Assembly: GCA_017482355.1 (NCBI GenBank)
Contig: JAFUNJ010000008.1
Coordinates: 24,790-88,789 of the forward strand
Source of the DNA: Clostridia bacterium
GTDB taxonomy: Bacteria > Bacillota > Clostridia > Oscillospirales > CAG-272
Reading direction: 5' to 3'
Length of the DNA stretch: 64,000 bases
The number at the start of each line of letters is the position of its first letter. The first letter of the stretch is position 1. The notes beneath the pieces are model-generated. The model was not told the DNA's origin. It ran no database searches and saw nothing but the letters and a program-made list of their open reading frames with translations. The position numbers were made by a program, and so were the translations under genes. Below, piece by piece: positions 33,386-43,260 of the stretch.

Positions 33386-33411
33386 ATTTAATTCTTAAGG
33401 AGAATTTGAAA

Positions 33412-34800
33412 ATGGACGTAAAGGAACTTAAAGCACAGCTCGAATACAAGAATAAGAACGTATTCGACATTATTTCCGAGGACGAGCTTGAAAGATCGTT
33501 TGCATACGCTGAGGCGTACAAGCTTTTCCTTGACAATGCAAAGACCGAAAGAGAAGCGGTAAAGTACGCAATCGCTATGGTCGAAAAGAAGGGCTACACC
33601 GAGTACCGCTTCGGCGACGAGCTTCAGGTTGGTGGTACCTATTACTATAATAACAGAGGCAAGATGCTTATCGTATTCAAGGTCGGTGAAAACGACATTG
33701 AAAAGGACGGCGCGTATATCGTTGCCGCTCATATAGACTCTCCCCGTATCGACCTCAAGCAGAATCCTCTTTACGAGGCAGACGGCTTCGGTATGTTCAA
33801 GACTCACTACTACGGCGGTGTTAAGAAGTATCAGTGGACTACTGTTCCGCTTGCGCTTCACGGCGTAATGGTCAAGCGTGACGGCGAGGTCGTTGACATC
33901 TGCATCGGTGAAGATGAGGAGGATCCGATCTTCTATATTTCCGATCTTCTTCCTCACCTTGCAAAGGATCAGATGACGAAGACGCTCGCAGAGGGAATCA
34001 CGGGCGAAGGTCTTAACATCATCGTTGGAACTGAGCCCTATCGCGATGAGGAGACAGACGGCGCAATCCGTCTCAATCTTCTCCGTATTCTCAATGAAAA
34101 GTACGGTATTACCGAGGAGGACTTCATCTCCGCTGAGCTTACCGCGGTTCCTGCGCTCAAGGCAAGAGATATCGGTCTTGACCGTTCTCTTATCGGCGGC
34201 TACGGTCACGACGACCGCGTTTGCGCTTACCCTGCAATAACTGCACTTCTTGACAATCCCGATACCAAGAAGACGGTATTTGCTATCCTTGCCGACAAGG
34301 AAGAGGTCGGATCTGACGGCGTAACGGGTATGCAGAGCTTGGCGTTCACCGATATTCTTGAAGAGGTCTGCGATGCTCTAGGCGCAAATTACCGTAAGGT
34401 AAAGGCAAATTCGAAGTGTCTTTCCGCCGACGTAAATGCGGCGTTCGACCCGAATTTCCCCGAGGTGCTTGAAAGAAAGAACGCTTGCTACGCTAACTGC
34501 GGCGTTGTCCTCTCGAAGTTCACCGGCGCAAGAGGTAAGTCCGGCACGTCCGACGCGACATCCGAGTTTACCGCTTACGTAAGAAATATGCTTAATGAAG
34601 CAGGTGTTGAATGGCAGATGGCAGAGCTCGGTAAGGTTGATCAGGGCGGCGGCGGAACCGTTGCTAAGTTCATTGCAAATCACAACATAGACACTCTTGA
34701 CGTTGGCGTTCCGGTCATCTCGATGCACGCTCCCTACGAAGCAATTTCGAAGCTTGACCTCTACATGACCTATAAGGCATTTGCCGCGTTTGTAAAATAA
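33412..34800 (+). CDS. M18 family aminopeptidase
   Basis: ATG 33412 lies 8 nt after AAGGAGA. AAHIDSPRIDLK, GYGHDDRVCAY, ADKEEVGS and ISMHAPYE are motifs typical of M18/M42-type zinc aminopeptidases. Confidence 0.8.
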   Translation: MDVKELKAQLEYKNKNVFDIISEDELERSFAYAEAYKLFLDNAKTEREAVKYAIAMVEKKGYTEYRFGDELQVGGTYYYNNRGKMLIVFKVGENDIEKDGAYIVAAHIDSPRIDLKQNPLYEADGFGMFKTHYYGGVKKYQWTTVPLALHGVMVKRDGEVVDICIGEDEEDPIFYISDLLPHLAKDQMTKTLAEGITGEGLNIIVGTEPYRDEETDGAIRLNLLRILNEKYGITEEDFISAELTAVPALKARDIGLDRSLIGGYGHDDRVCAYPAITALLDNPDTKKTVFAILADKEEVGSDGVTGMQSLAFTDILEEVCDALGANYRKVKANSKCLSADVNAAFDPNFPEVLERKNACYANCGVVLSKFTGARGKSGTSDATSEFTAYVRNMLNEAGVEWQMAELGKVDQGGGGTVAKFIANHNIDTLDVGVPVISMHAPYEAISKLDLYMTYKAFAAFVK

Positions 34801-35870
34801 TGCTTGACAAGCTGAAGGAGGCGGAGCTTTATTACAGCGGCGTCTGTCATAAGCTTTCGACTCCTGAGGCCCTTACCGATCCCTCGGAGCTCCGTCGGCT
34901 TATGCAGGAGGAGAAAAAGCTCTCGCCTATTATCGAAAAATACCGTGAATATAAGTCGGTTACCGCTCGTCTAGAAGAAGCGCTTGTTCTTCAGGGCGAG
35001 GGTGACCCTGAGCTCCAAGAGCTGGCAGACGAGGAGATAAAGCTCTGCCGTCCGCTTATTGAGGAGCTGAAAAAGGAGCTTACAGTTCTACTGCTTCCGC
35101 AAGATCCGAACGACGAAAAGAACGTCGTCGTTGAGATCAGGGCAGGGGCAGGCGGTGAAGAAGCGGCGCTGTTCGCTTATGATCTTTATCGCATGTACAG
35201 CATGTATGCTTCTCAGATCGGCTTCAAGCTCGAAACTGCCTACGTTAACGAGACCGAGCTCGGCGGGTATAAGGAAATATCCTTTACCGTTGAGGGGAAC
35301 GGTGCATATTCCCGACTCAAATATGAAAGCGGTGTTCACCGCGTTCAAAGAGTTCCCGATACCGAGTCGCAGGGAAGAATACACACCTCGACCGTTACCG
35401 TCGCAGTTCTTCCCGAGGCGGAGGAGGTCGAGCTTGAGATCAACCCTGCCGACATTGTCGTTGAAACAATGAAAAGCTCGGGCGCTGGCGGTCAGCATAT
35501 CAATAAGACCGAAAGTGCCGTGCGTCTTATCCATAAGCCGTCGGGAATGGTAATTGAATGCCGCGAGGAAAGATCGCAGTACAAGAATAGAGACAAGGCG
35601 ATGAAGCTTCTTCGTACACGTCTATATGATCAAATGTGCCGTGAGCAGGAGGGCAAGCTTGCCGATGCACGCCGCACACAGGTAGGCACGGGCGACCGAA
35701 GTGAAAAGATAAGAACCTATAACTTTCCGCAAAGACGCGTGACCGATCACCGTATCGGTTACACAGTTCATACGCTTGATGCGTTTTTGAACGGAAATAT
35801 CGGCGGGTTGATAGACGCGCTCGCCGCGGCAGATACTGCCGAAAAACTAAAAAATTCAGGTGAAAAATGA
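34800..35870 (+). CDS. prfA: Peptide chain release factor 1
   Basis: RVQRVPDTESQGRIHTS (PxT tripeptide), SGAGGQHINKTESAVR (GGQ). Confidence 0.95.
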   Translation: MLDKLKEAELYYSGVCHKLSTPEALTDPSELRRLMQEEKKLSPIIEKYREYKSVTARLEEALVLQGEGDPELQELADEEIKLCRPLIEELKKELTVLLLPQDPNDEKNVVVEIRAGAGGEEAALFAYDLYRMYSMYASQIGFKLETAYVNETELGGYKEISFTVEGNGAYSRLKYESGVHRVQRVPDTESQGRIHTSTVTVAVLPEAEEVELEINPADIVVETMKSSGAGGQHINKTESAVRLIHKPSGMVIECREERSQYKNRDKAMKLLRTRLYDQMCREQEGKLADARRTQVGTGDRSEKIRTYNFPQRRVTDHRIGYTVHTLDAFLNGNIGGLIDALAAADTAEKLKNSGEK

Positions 35871-36880
35871 AAACTCTGATAATTCGGTATGAGGGTAAGG
35901 ATTCCCTGATACCGGCGGCGGAGATAATCAAAAATGGCGGAATCGTCGCTTTTCCGACTGAAACTGTTTACGGTCTCGGCGGAAACGCGCTCGATCCGAG
36001 TGCGGCGTCGAAAATCTATGCCGCAAAGGGACGCCCTTCCGATAATCCGCTGATAGTACATCTGCACAAATATGAAAATGCAGGCGTTTACGCGCATACG
36101 ACTCCGCTGTTTTTTGAGATTGCAGACGCGTTTATGCCGGGACCTATTACCGTTATTTTGAAGAAACGAAGCTTTATTCCCGATAGCGTGACGGGCGGTC
36201 TTGATACCGTGGGACTTCGTGTTCCGTCGAACCACATCGCAAGAGAGCTTATTGAGCTTTCGGGCGTTCCGATAGCTGCTCCGTCGGCGAATATTTCGGG
36301 CAAGCCGAGTCCGACCTCGTTTGACCACGTCTATCACGATCTGAATGGCAAGGTCGACGCGATAATCGACGGCGGAAGCTGTGACTTTGGCGTTGAAAGC
36401 ACGATCGTCAAACTTGAAGATAAGACTATCCAGCTTCTACGTCCGGGTGCTGTCACGGTCGAAATGCTCTCGCTGTTTGGCGACGGGCTTTACGTTGATC
36501 CTGCTGTTACTGAAAAATTTGACGGCACGCCGCTTGCGCCCGGTATGAAATACCGTCACTACGCGCCGTCAACTCCGCTTACCGTCCTCGACGGAAGCGA
36601 CAAGGAAGTTTATTCGTATCTTTCCGACCGAGAGGATGTTGGGGTTATATGCTTTGACGAGGATCTGCCGCATATAAATAACGCTTACGTTATCTCGTGC
36701 GGCTCGGTGTCCGATACTCTTACGCAGGCGAAAATGCTCTTCGAGTGTCTGCGAAAGATGGACGGCAGGACAGATCTTAAACATATTTACGCAAGAATGC
36801 CGTCAAAGATCGGCATCGGTCTTGCGGTATTCAATCGGCTGATCAAAGCAGCCGGCTTCAGCGTAGTTACGCTTAAATAA
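35867..36880 (+). CDS. tsaC: L-threonylcarbamoyladenylate synthase (Sua5/YwlC type, with C-terminal Sua5 domain)
   Basis: GGIVAFPTETVYGLGGNA, KGRPSDNPLIVH, SANISGKPSPT. 337 aa including the C-terminal domain. 4-nt overlap with prfA. Confidence 0.9.
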   Translation: MKTLIIRYEGKDSLIPAAEIIKNGGIVAFPTETVYGLGGNALDPSAASKIYAAKGRPSDNPLIVHLHKYENAGVYAHTTPLFFEIADAFMPGPITVILKKRSFIPDSVTGGLDTVGLRVPSNHIARELIELSGVPIAAPSANISGKPSPTSFDHVYHDLNGKVDAIIDGGSCDFGVESTIVKLEDKTIQLLRPGAVTVEMLSLFGDGLYVDPAVTEKFDGTPLAPGMKYRHYAPSTPLTVLDGSDKEVYSYLSDREDVGVICFDEDLPHINNAYVISCGSVSDTLTQAKMLFECLRKMDGRTDLKHIYARMPSKIGIGLAVFNRLIKAAGFSVVTLK

Positions 36881-36901
36881 CAAAGAACAGGACTAAATAA
36901 A

Positions 36902-39151
36902 ATGGCAAAGAAAAAAGCCGCTTCCCGTATTTCGGTTCCGACTGTTCAGGCGGAGATACGCCCGCAGCTCATAACCGAAACCATTGAAAAAAACTTTATG
37001 CCCTACGCGATGAGCGTTATTGTGTCGCGTGCGATTCCCGATATTGACGGCTTTAAGCCGGCACACAGAAAGCTCCTTTATACGATGTATAAGATGGGAC
37101 TGCTTACGGGACAGAAGGTCAAGAGTGCGACCGTCGTCGGTGAGACGATGAAGCGCCACCCTCACGGCGACCAGGCAATATACGCAACGCTTGTCCGTCT
37201 GACAAGAGCTAACGAGTCGCTTCTGCATCCCTTTATTGACTCAAAGGGAAGCTTCGGTAAGCATTACAGCTCGGATATGGACTACGCAGCCCCCCGTTAT
37301 ACCGAGTGTAAGCTCGATAAGCTAAGCGCCGAGATATTCGCAGGAATTGATAAGAACGCAGTTGACCTCGTCGATAACTACGATAACACTTTAAAGGAGC
37401 CGACGATGCTCCCGACGGCGTTCCCGAATATTCTCGTTTCTCCTAACCTCGGTGTTGCGGTCGGTATGGCGTGCTCGATCTGCTCCTTTAACCTTGCTGA
37501 AATATGCGACGGAACTATACAGCTTCTTAAAAATCCGAACACTGATACCGAGCGTCTTATGAGCATTATCAAGGCACCTGATTTCCCGGGCGGCGGTAAT
37601 CTCATATACGATAAAGAGAAATACAAGGAGATCTTCGAGACAGGTCACGGCTCGCTTAAGGTCAGAGCAAAGTATGTTTATGACAAGAGCGCGAACTGCA
37701 TCGACGTTCTTGAAATTCCGTATTCGACCACTATTGAAGCGATAATAAAGAAAATAACGGGTTACATCAAGGAAGGTAAGCTCAAGGAGATCGTCGACGT
37801 TCGTGACGAGATCGACCTTCAGGGCTTCAAGCTGACAATTGACCTTCGCCGCGGCGTTGATCCCGATAAGCTTATGACCAAGCTTTATAAGATGACGCCT
37901 CTAGAGGATTCCTTTGAATGTAACTTTAATATACTCGTTCACGGCACGCCGCGCCTGCTTGGAGTCAAAGAAATTCTCAACGAGTGGATAGCGTTCAGAA
38001 TGACGTGCCTGCGCCGTGAGCTTACTTACGATCTCGGAAAGAAGAAGGATAAGCTTCATCTTCTTCTCGGACTCGGCAAGATCCTACTCGATATCGACAA
38101 GGCGATAAAGATCGTCCGCGAGACCGAGAAGGAAGCGGACGTTGTACCGAACCTTATGAAGGGCTTCTCAATTGACGAGATACAGGCGGAGTATATCGCG
38201 GAGATCAAGCTCCGTTATCTCAACCGAGAGTACATCATCAGCCGTATAAAGGAAATAGAATCCTTGCAGAAGGAAATTGCCGATCTTGAGCAGCTTATCG
38301 CGTCCGATACGAGAATGAAGAACCGCATCGCGTCTCAGCTTAAGGAGATCAAGGAGAAGTACGGTAAGGAAAGAAAGACGCAGCTTATCGGTGCGGATGA
38401 TGTCGAGGTATACGACGAAAGCGAGCATATCGAGGATTATAACGTCAAGCTTATCTTTACAAAAGAGGGCTATTTTAAGAAGATCACGCTTCTTTCGCTT
38501 CGCGGAAACGACGAGCAGAAGCTAAAAGAAGGCGACTTTGTGGTTGATTCGATCGACGCGTCGAACACAGACGAGCTGATATTCTTCTCGGATAAGGCGC
38601 AGGTCTATAAGACGAGAGTTTGCGACTTTGATACGACGAAGGCGTCGCTTCTCGGCGATTATATCCCCGCAAAGCTCGGCTTTGAGGAGGGCGAAAAGGC
38701 GATCGCTATGAAGAAGCTCGATAAGAACGATCTTTACGGTGGAAGCGCCGTCGTTATATTCAGAAACGGTAAGGGCGTTAAGATCCCGCTTTCCGCTTAT
38801 GAAACGAAGGGTAACAGACGTAAGCTTACCGGGGCGTATTCTTCCGCCTGCGAGCCGGCAGGAGTCGTTATATGCGAGAGGAATGAGGATAAGGATATTA
38901 TGCTCGTTGCAGATAACGGCAGGGTAATGACCATATCGACATCTCTCGTTCCCGAAAAGGCGACGAGAACCTCTCAGGGCGTAACGCTTATGCAGGTGAA
39001 GAACGCAAAAGTCGTATTCGTTACGACTGATATAGCAGCTTTTACCCCGTCGGGTAAGAGTTACAAGAAAAATAAGCTTCCGACTACAGGTTGGACTATT
39101 TACGATGAAGATGCTGCGGCAATGCCCGACAGTGTAAAAGCAAATCTATAA
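36902..39151 (+). CDS. parC: Type IIA topoisomerase subunit A (topoisomerase IV ParC-like; no GyrA box seen)
   Basis: YAMSVIVSRAIPDIDGFKPAHRKLLYTM, HPHGD, active-site AAPRYTE. 749 aa. I could not find a QRRGGKG GyrA box. There is no adjacent B-subunit gene. Confidence 0.7.
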   Translation: MAKKKAASRISVPTVQAEIRPQLITETIEKNFMPYAMSVIVSRAIPDIDGFKPAHRKLLYTMYKMGLLTGQKVKSATVVGETMKRHPHGDQAIYATLVRLTRANESLLHPFIDSKGSFGKHYSSDMDYAAPRYTECKLDKLSAEIFAGIDKNAVDLVDNYDNTLKEPTMLPTAFPNILVSPNLGVAVGMACSICSFNLAEICDGTIQLLKNPNTDTERLMSIIKAPDFPGGGNLIYDKEKYKEIFETGHGSLKVRAKYVYDKSANCIDVLEIPYSTTIEAIIKKITGYIKEGKLKEIVDVRDEIDLQGFKLTIDLRRGVDPDKLMTKLYKMTPLEDSFECNFNILVHGTPRLLGVKEILNEWIAFRMTCLRRELTYDLGKKKDKLHLLLGLGKILLDIDKAIKIVRETEKEADVVPNLMKGFSIDEIQAEYIAEIKLRYLNREYIISRIKEIESLQKEIADLEQLIASDTRMKNRIASQLKEIKEKYGKERKTQLIGADDVEVYDESEHIEDYNVKLIFTKEGYFKKITLLSLRGNDEQKLKEGDFVVDSIDASNTDELIFFSDKAQVYKTRVCDFDTTKASLLGDYIPAKLGFEEGEKAIAMKKLDKNDLYGGSAVVIFRNGKGVKIPLSAYETKGNRRKLTGAYSSACEPAGVVICERNEDKDIMLVADNGRVMTISTSLVPEKATRTSQGVTLMQVKNAKVVFVTTDIAAFTPSGKSYKKNKLPTTGWTIYDEDAAAMPDSVKANL

Positions 39152-39174
39152 GTAAGAATCGAGGTAATACTATC

Positions 39175-40449
39175 ATGTCAAACGTACTTGAACTCATTAA
39201 TTCACTTAAAGGACCCTGCTCGTGCGGAATGTGTCACGAGACCGCGATCAAGGACATCGTGATCGAATCCGGCGCAGTTAATACCGTCGGTGATGTTCTG
39301 AAGAGAAACGGTTTCCCGAAGAAGCTTCTTCTCGTTGCCGATAAGGACACGCTCAAAGCGGCTGACGGAATCGTTGATTCCCTTAAGGATTTTGATATTG
39401 AATATAAGATCTACGACACTCTCCGTGTCGCTACTATGAAGGAGGTCGGTGAGGTCGAGGATCTTATCAAGGATCGCGAGATCGGTGTTCTTTCAGTCGG
39501 TACGGGTTCTGTCAACGACCCCTGCCGTCTCGCTTGCGGCAGACAGGATAAGAAACTCTGTATTTTCGGAACTGCGCCCTCAATGGACGGCTTCGCATCG
39601 TACAGCTCTCCTATTGTCGACAAGGGCTTCAAGTACAGCTATCCCGCTAAGAGCCCCGAGGTAATCATAGGTGACACAAAGATCCTTGCTAACGCTCCTG
39701 TTGATCTTAAATCTGCAGGATTCGGCGATATGATCGCTAAGTACGTTGGTCTTATCGACTGGAAGATATCGGCTCTTCTTACGAGCGAAACCTACTGCGA
39801 AAAGGTCGGCTCGCTTACCAAGATGGCGGTTGACGAGCTTTTCGAGATGGCTGATAAGGTTACAGTAAACGACGAGGAGACCGCAGGCAAGATATTCGAG
39901 GCACTCCTTAAAACCGGTATCGGTATGTCGTTTATGCAGAACTCCCGTCCTGCAAGCGGCGCTGAGCATATAGTTTGCCACATTCTTGAATGTAAAGAGC
40001 TCGTTGACGGAATAATTCCCAACTACCACGGACACGATGTCGGTGTATCTACCTTGAATATGCTGAAATACTACGGCAAGCTCGCGTCGATAGAGAAGAT
40101 AAGCGCACAGTATGAAAACGTCGACTGGGATGACGTATATGCCTTTTACGGTGACCTTGCCGATGATGTCAAGGCAGTTAATTTCCCCGAGAACATAGTT
40201 GACGGAATCACCCCCGAGTCCATCGAGGAAAACTGGGATAACATAAGAAAGATCATAAGAGAAGTGCCTTCCTACGAGGAATGTAAGGAAGCAATGAGAA
40301 AGGCGGGCTGTCGCCTTACCGTTGACGACATCGGAAAGGACAGAAAGCTGTTCAACGACTGTACGAGGTATTCGCCATTTATGAGAAAGCGTCTGACGCT
40401 TTTGCGTCTTAGCGGTATGATTGGCATATACCCTGAAGACGCCGATTAA
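39175..40449 (+). CDS. Iron-containing alcohol dehydrogenase superfamily protein, sn-glycerol-1-phosphate dehydrogenase (AraM/EgsA)-like
   Basis: GTGSVNDPCR (GGGS-x-x-D-like), SAGFGDMIAKY, SGAEHIVCHILE and HGHDVG metal ligands. 424 aa. Subfamily is inferred by eye. Confidence 0.55.
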   Translation: MSNVLELINSLKGPCSCGMCHETAIKDIVIESGAVNTVGDVLKRNGFPKKLLLVADKDTLKAADGIVDSLKDFDIEYKIYDTLRVATMKEVGEVEDLIKDREIGVLSVGTGSVNDPCRLACGRQDKKLCIFGTAPSMDGFASYSSPIVDKGFKYSYPAKSPEVIIGDTKILANAPVDLKSAGFGDMIAKYVGLIDWKISALLTSETYCEKVGSLTKMAVDELFEMADKVTVNDEETAGKIFEALLKTGIGMSFMQNSRPASGAEHIVCHILECKELVDGIIPNYHGHDVGVSTLNMLKYYGKLASIEKISAQYENVDWDDVYAFYGDLADDVKAVNFPENIVDGITPESIEENWDNIRKIIREVPSYEECKEAMRKAGCRLTVDDIGKDRKLFNDCTRYSPFMRKRLTLLRLSGMIGIYPEDAD

Positions 40450-40462
40450 TTCGGAGGAGTTT

Positions 40463-40966
40463 ATGAAGAAAATCAAAAAATCCGTTATAATTTTCGTAAT
40501 GATAATAACGGTGCTTTCTTTTGGCGTATCTGCCGACGAAGCGTATTCGAGCAAGAATGATCCGCTCGTATCATTAAGCTATGTTAACGACGTGCTCGGA
40601 CCGCAGATAATGTCGCAGGTTCTTGAAAAGATCGAAAGTGAGTACGTTAAGATCAGCGATATTACCGACATGATGTCGGGCGAGTTGACGCTTGTTACGC
40701 TGAGCAAGGGCGATACGCTTATGTCTAAGGGTGTTTGCGAGATCGTTCTGCTTTCGGGCAACGCGACGACCCTTGTTACCGCTTCGTCAAATATCGAAGC
40801 AGGACAGGGGCTTGTTGACGTGACCGACGGCACCGTCGTGACAAACGGCTCGCTTATCAAGGCAAACCACAAGATAATAATTCCGAAGGCGGACGGCAGA
40901 GGAATTATCGTTACGGGTGACAGCGTGAGCTTGCTCGTGAGAGGAGCGTATACAATTGCGGACTGA
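40463..40966 (+). CDS. Small secreted hypothetical protein
   Basis: ATG 40463 follows GGAGGAG. Signal peptide MKKIKKSVIIFVMIITVLSFGVSA. 167 aa, beta-rich. Its end overlaps the start of the SpoIID-like gene by 11 nt. Confidence 0.6.
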   Translation: MKKIKKSVIIFVMIITVLSFGVSADEAYSSKNDPLVSLSYVNDVLGPQIMSQVLEKIESEYVKISDITDMMSGELTLVTLSKGDTLMSKGVCEIVLLSGNATTLVTASSNIEAGQGLVDVTDGTVVTNGSLIKANHKIIIPKADGRGIIVTGDSVSLLVRGAYTIAD

Positions 40967-43241
40967 TAAAGGTTCAAAAAAGAAGAAGTTTAAGCTTGAT
41001 TCGCGTTTTTGGGCGCGGGTCTTGGTTCTGATTCTTGCGCTGTCAATGCTTATAGGTGTATTTTATTACGTCCTGATATTCTTCTCGCCGAAAGCTCATG
41101 CCGCCGAAAGCACGGTTGAGGATGACGAATCCTGGAATATCAATCTGCGTGTCGGTATATGCTACGATGAATATATAACTGTTTCGGTTCGTCTTACTGC
41201 CGAACACGGATTTGACGTTGTTTATTCAACGATGGGACGCAATACGATCAACCTCGGATATTTGTCACAAACCGAAGTGCACGTTTCGCGTCACGTTAAT
41301 CTGAAATACGCTTCCTCGAAATATCAGAAGGCATCGAGCGCGTCTGAAACGAAGGTCGGATCATATCATATTGACGTTCTTTCGGATGAAAACTATCTTG
41401 CTGATATTGAGGAAATAAAGACAGTTTTTCCCGAGTATAACGTATTTCCGGCATATCTGCACGCTGAGCGTCACGTATTTATAGGTCAGTTCGCAACGGA
41501 AGAAGAGGCCTCTGAAGCGCTTGCAAAGATCAAAGAAGCGCTGACCCCTCCGACTCCACCCGAAACTGAACCCGCCCCCGAAACTACTCCGGAGCAGACC
41601 GAGGGCGAGACCACTCCCGAAATTTCCGATACGACAGATTCTTCAACTCCCAATCAAAATACGGGATCGGATACGACAGTAGAGAATACTACGACAGATA
41701 CGACCGATACGTCTGGAACGATGTCGGCTGACGAAGTAACTACGCCGGAGGGCACAACGTCGGAGAATACTACTGCTCCCGAGGTGACTGAGCCGCCATT
41801 TACTTCGCCGCTTTCCGACGAGCTTACGGAAGCGGTCCTTTCGTCGAGCGTCCGTGCCCCTCTGAACAACGATATGATCGTAATCGACCCGTCGAACCAT
41901 AATATTATTTGGCTTCACGGATCTCCGCAGACGTACGTGCTTCTCGGTCTTGGCGCACACCGTATTGATCCTGATGTGAATGTGACAATGCGCATGAAGC
42001 ATAAGTACAGTAGCGGCGAGACCACACGTACTTACGACGGATACATGGAGTTTTCACACCATAGTCCGACTGAGTATTACGGAATTGAGGTCGTCAATCT
42101 CGTTCGCCTCGAAAACTATATTGCAGGAGTTTGCGCAGCTGAAATACATACGTGGTGGCCACTTGAAACCTTAAAAGCATTTTCAATTGCCGTTCGAAGC
42201 TTCTCGATAAAGAGACTGAACGGACACGGCGGCTTCGCAGGCGACCTGTGTAACGAGGCGTGCTGTCAGGTGTTTAACGGCTACGGTCCGACCGATGAGC
42301 GTGTCTGGCGCGCTGTTTTGGAAACGCGCGGTGTTATTGCAACTTCGAACGGAGTTTTGTGCGGAACGTATTATTCGTCCAGCACGGGCGGATGTACAGC
42401 TAACTGCACCGACGTTTGGGGAAGCAGTCTTGCAACCTATCCGTATCTGAAGGCCGTCGCAACTCCCTGGGAGAAATACGAGACATATTCGAGAGGTCAA
42501 AAAACTTATACAGTTACCGGAACTGCTCTTTATAACCGTCTGGTAGACAAGGGATATAAGAACTTGACCGGTCCGGTTACCGATATAAAAATTACAAAAA
42601 CGGGTAATAATACAACGTATGTTACCGAAATAAAATTCTATGATGCAAATGGAAACTGCCAGACAGTAACCCGTGCTGATAAGATCAAGAAGCTGCTTTC
42701 AAGTTATGTTGACTCCGCAAACTTCGTGGTTACAAAATCCGGTGAAAGCGTTGATCGTGTCAAGTATACGATGCTCGGATTTGGCGCAACGAATCCAAAT
42801 CCCCCCGAAGGACTTGACGTGCTCGGAAATCCGTATTTGAGCACGGTAACGGGTCGCCAGCAGTTCTCGGTAATTACTGCCGACGGCATCAAGACCTTTT
42901 ACGACAGTCAGAGCGAGAATGTCATGACGGCGACGGGACTTAAGGATTTTAATATGTCGATCGCCCTCGACTCGCAGGTATATCCAACGATCATAGGTAT
43001 AAACGGCGATGTCCTTCCTGACATTTCAAAGCTTACTCCGATAACCGAAACAGAAACCCTGACTACGACTGCGGCAGCTAACAGCTTTACGTTTATAAGC
43101 CGTGGGTGGGGACACGGCGTTGGAATGAGCCAATACGGCATCTACGAGCTTGGGAATCTTGGCTACGACTATAGATATATCCTCAAGGCGTATTACAGCG
43201 GAATAAGCTATACTACTTACAAGGAGTATCTGAATAAATAA
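40956..43241 (+). CDS. SpoIID/LytB domain protein with N-terminal TM anchor, SPOR-like segment and T/P/E-rich linker
   Basis: TTG start follows GAGAGGAG. SpoIID motifs YIAGVCAAEI, CNEACCQVFNGY, YYSSSTGGCT and GWGHGVGMSQYG. The linker lies at nt 41544-41804. Confidence 0.8.
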   Translation: MRTDKGSKKKKFKLDSRFWARVLVLILALSMLIGVFYYVLIFFSPKAHAAESTVEDDESWNINLRVGICYDEYITVSVRLTAEHGFDVVYSTMGRNTINLGYLSQTEVHVSRHVNLKYASSKYQKASSASETKVGSYHIDVLSDENYLADIEEIKTVFPEYNVFPAYLHAERHVFIGQFATEEEASEALAKIKEALTPPTPPETEPAPETTPEQTEGETTPEISDTTDSSTPNQNTGSDTTVENTTTDTTDTSGTMSADEVTTPEGTTSENTTAPEVTEPPFTSPLSDELTEAVLSSSVRAPLNNDMIVIDPSNHNIIWLHGSPQTYVLLGLGAHRIDPDVNVTMRMKHKYSSGETTRTYDGYMEFSHHSPTEYYGIEVVNLVRLENYIAGVCAAEIHTWWPLETLKAFSIAVRSFSIKRLNGHGGFAGDLCNEACCQVFNGYGPTDERVWRAVLETRGVIATSNGVLCGTYYSSSTGGCTANCTDVWGSSLATYPYLKAVATPWEKYETYSRGQKTYTVTGTALYNRLVDKGYKNLTGPVTDIKITKTGNNTTYVTEIKFYDANGNCQTVTRADKIKKLLSSYVDSANFVVTKSGESVDRVKYTMLGFGATNPNPPEGLDVLGNPYLSTVTGRQQFSVITADGIKTFYDSQSENVMTATGLKDFNMSIALDSQVYPTIIGINGDVLPDISKLTPITETETLTTTAAANSFTFISRGWGHGVGMSQYGIYELGNLGYDYRYILKAYYSGISYTTYKEYLNK

Positions 43242-43260
43242 TCATTAAGAGGTTAGAATT

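Noticed and set aside
41544-41804. Repetitive-looking nucleotide stretch (acgac/gatac/ccgga units) that might be a tandem repeat or CRISPR-like array.
   Set aside because: It lies in frame within the SpoIID-like gene and encodes a T/P/E/D/S-rich linker. It has no regular repeat-spacer periodicity and the units are imperfect. This is compositional low complexity, not an array.
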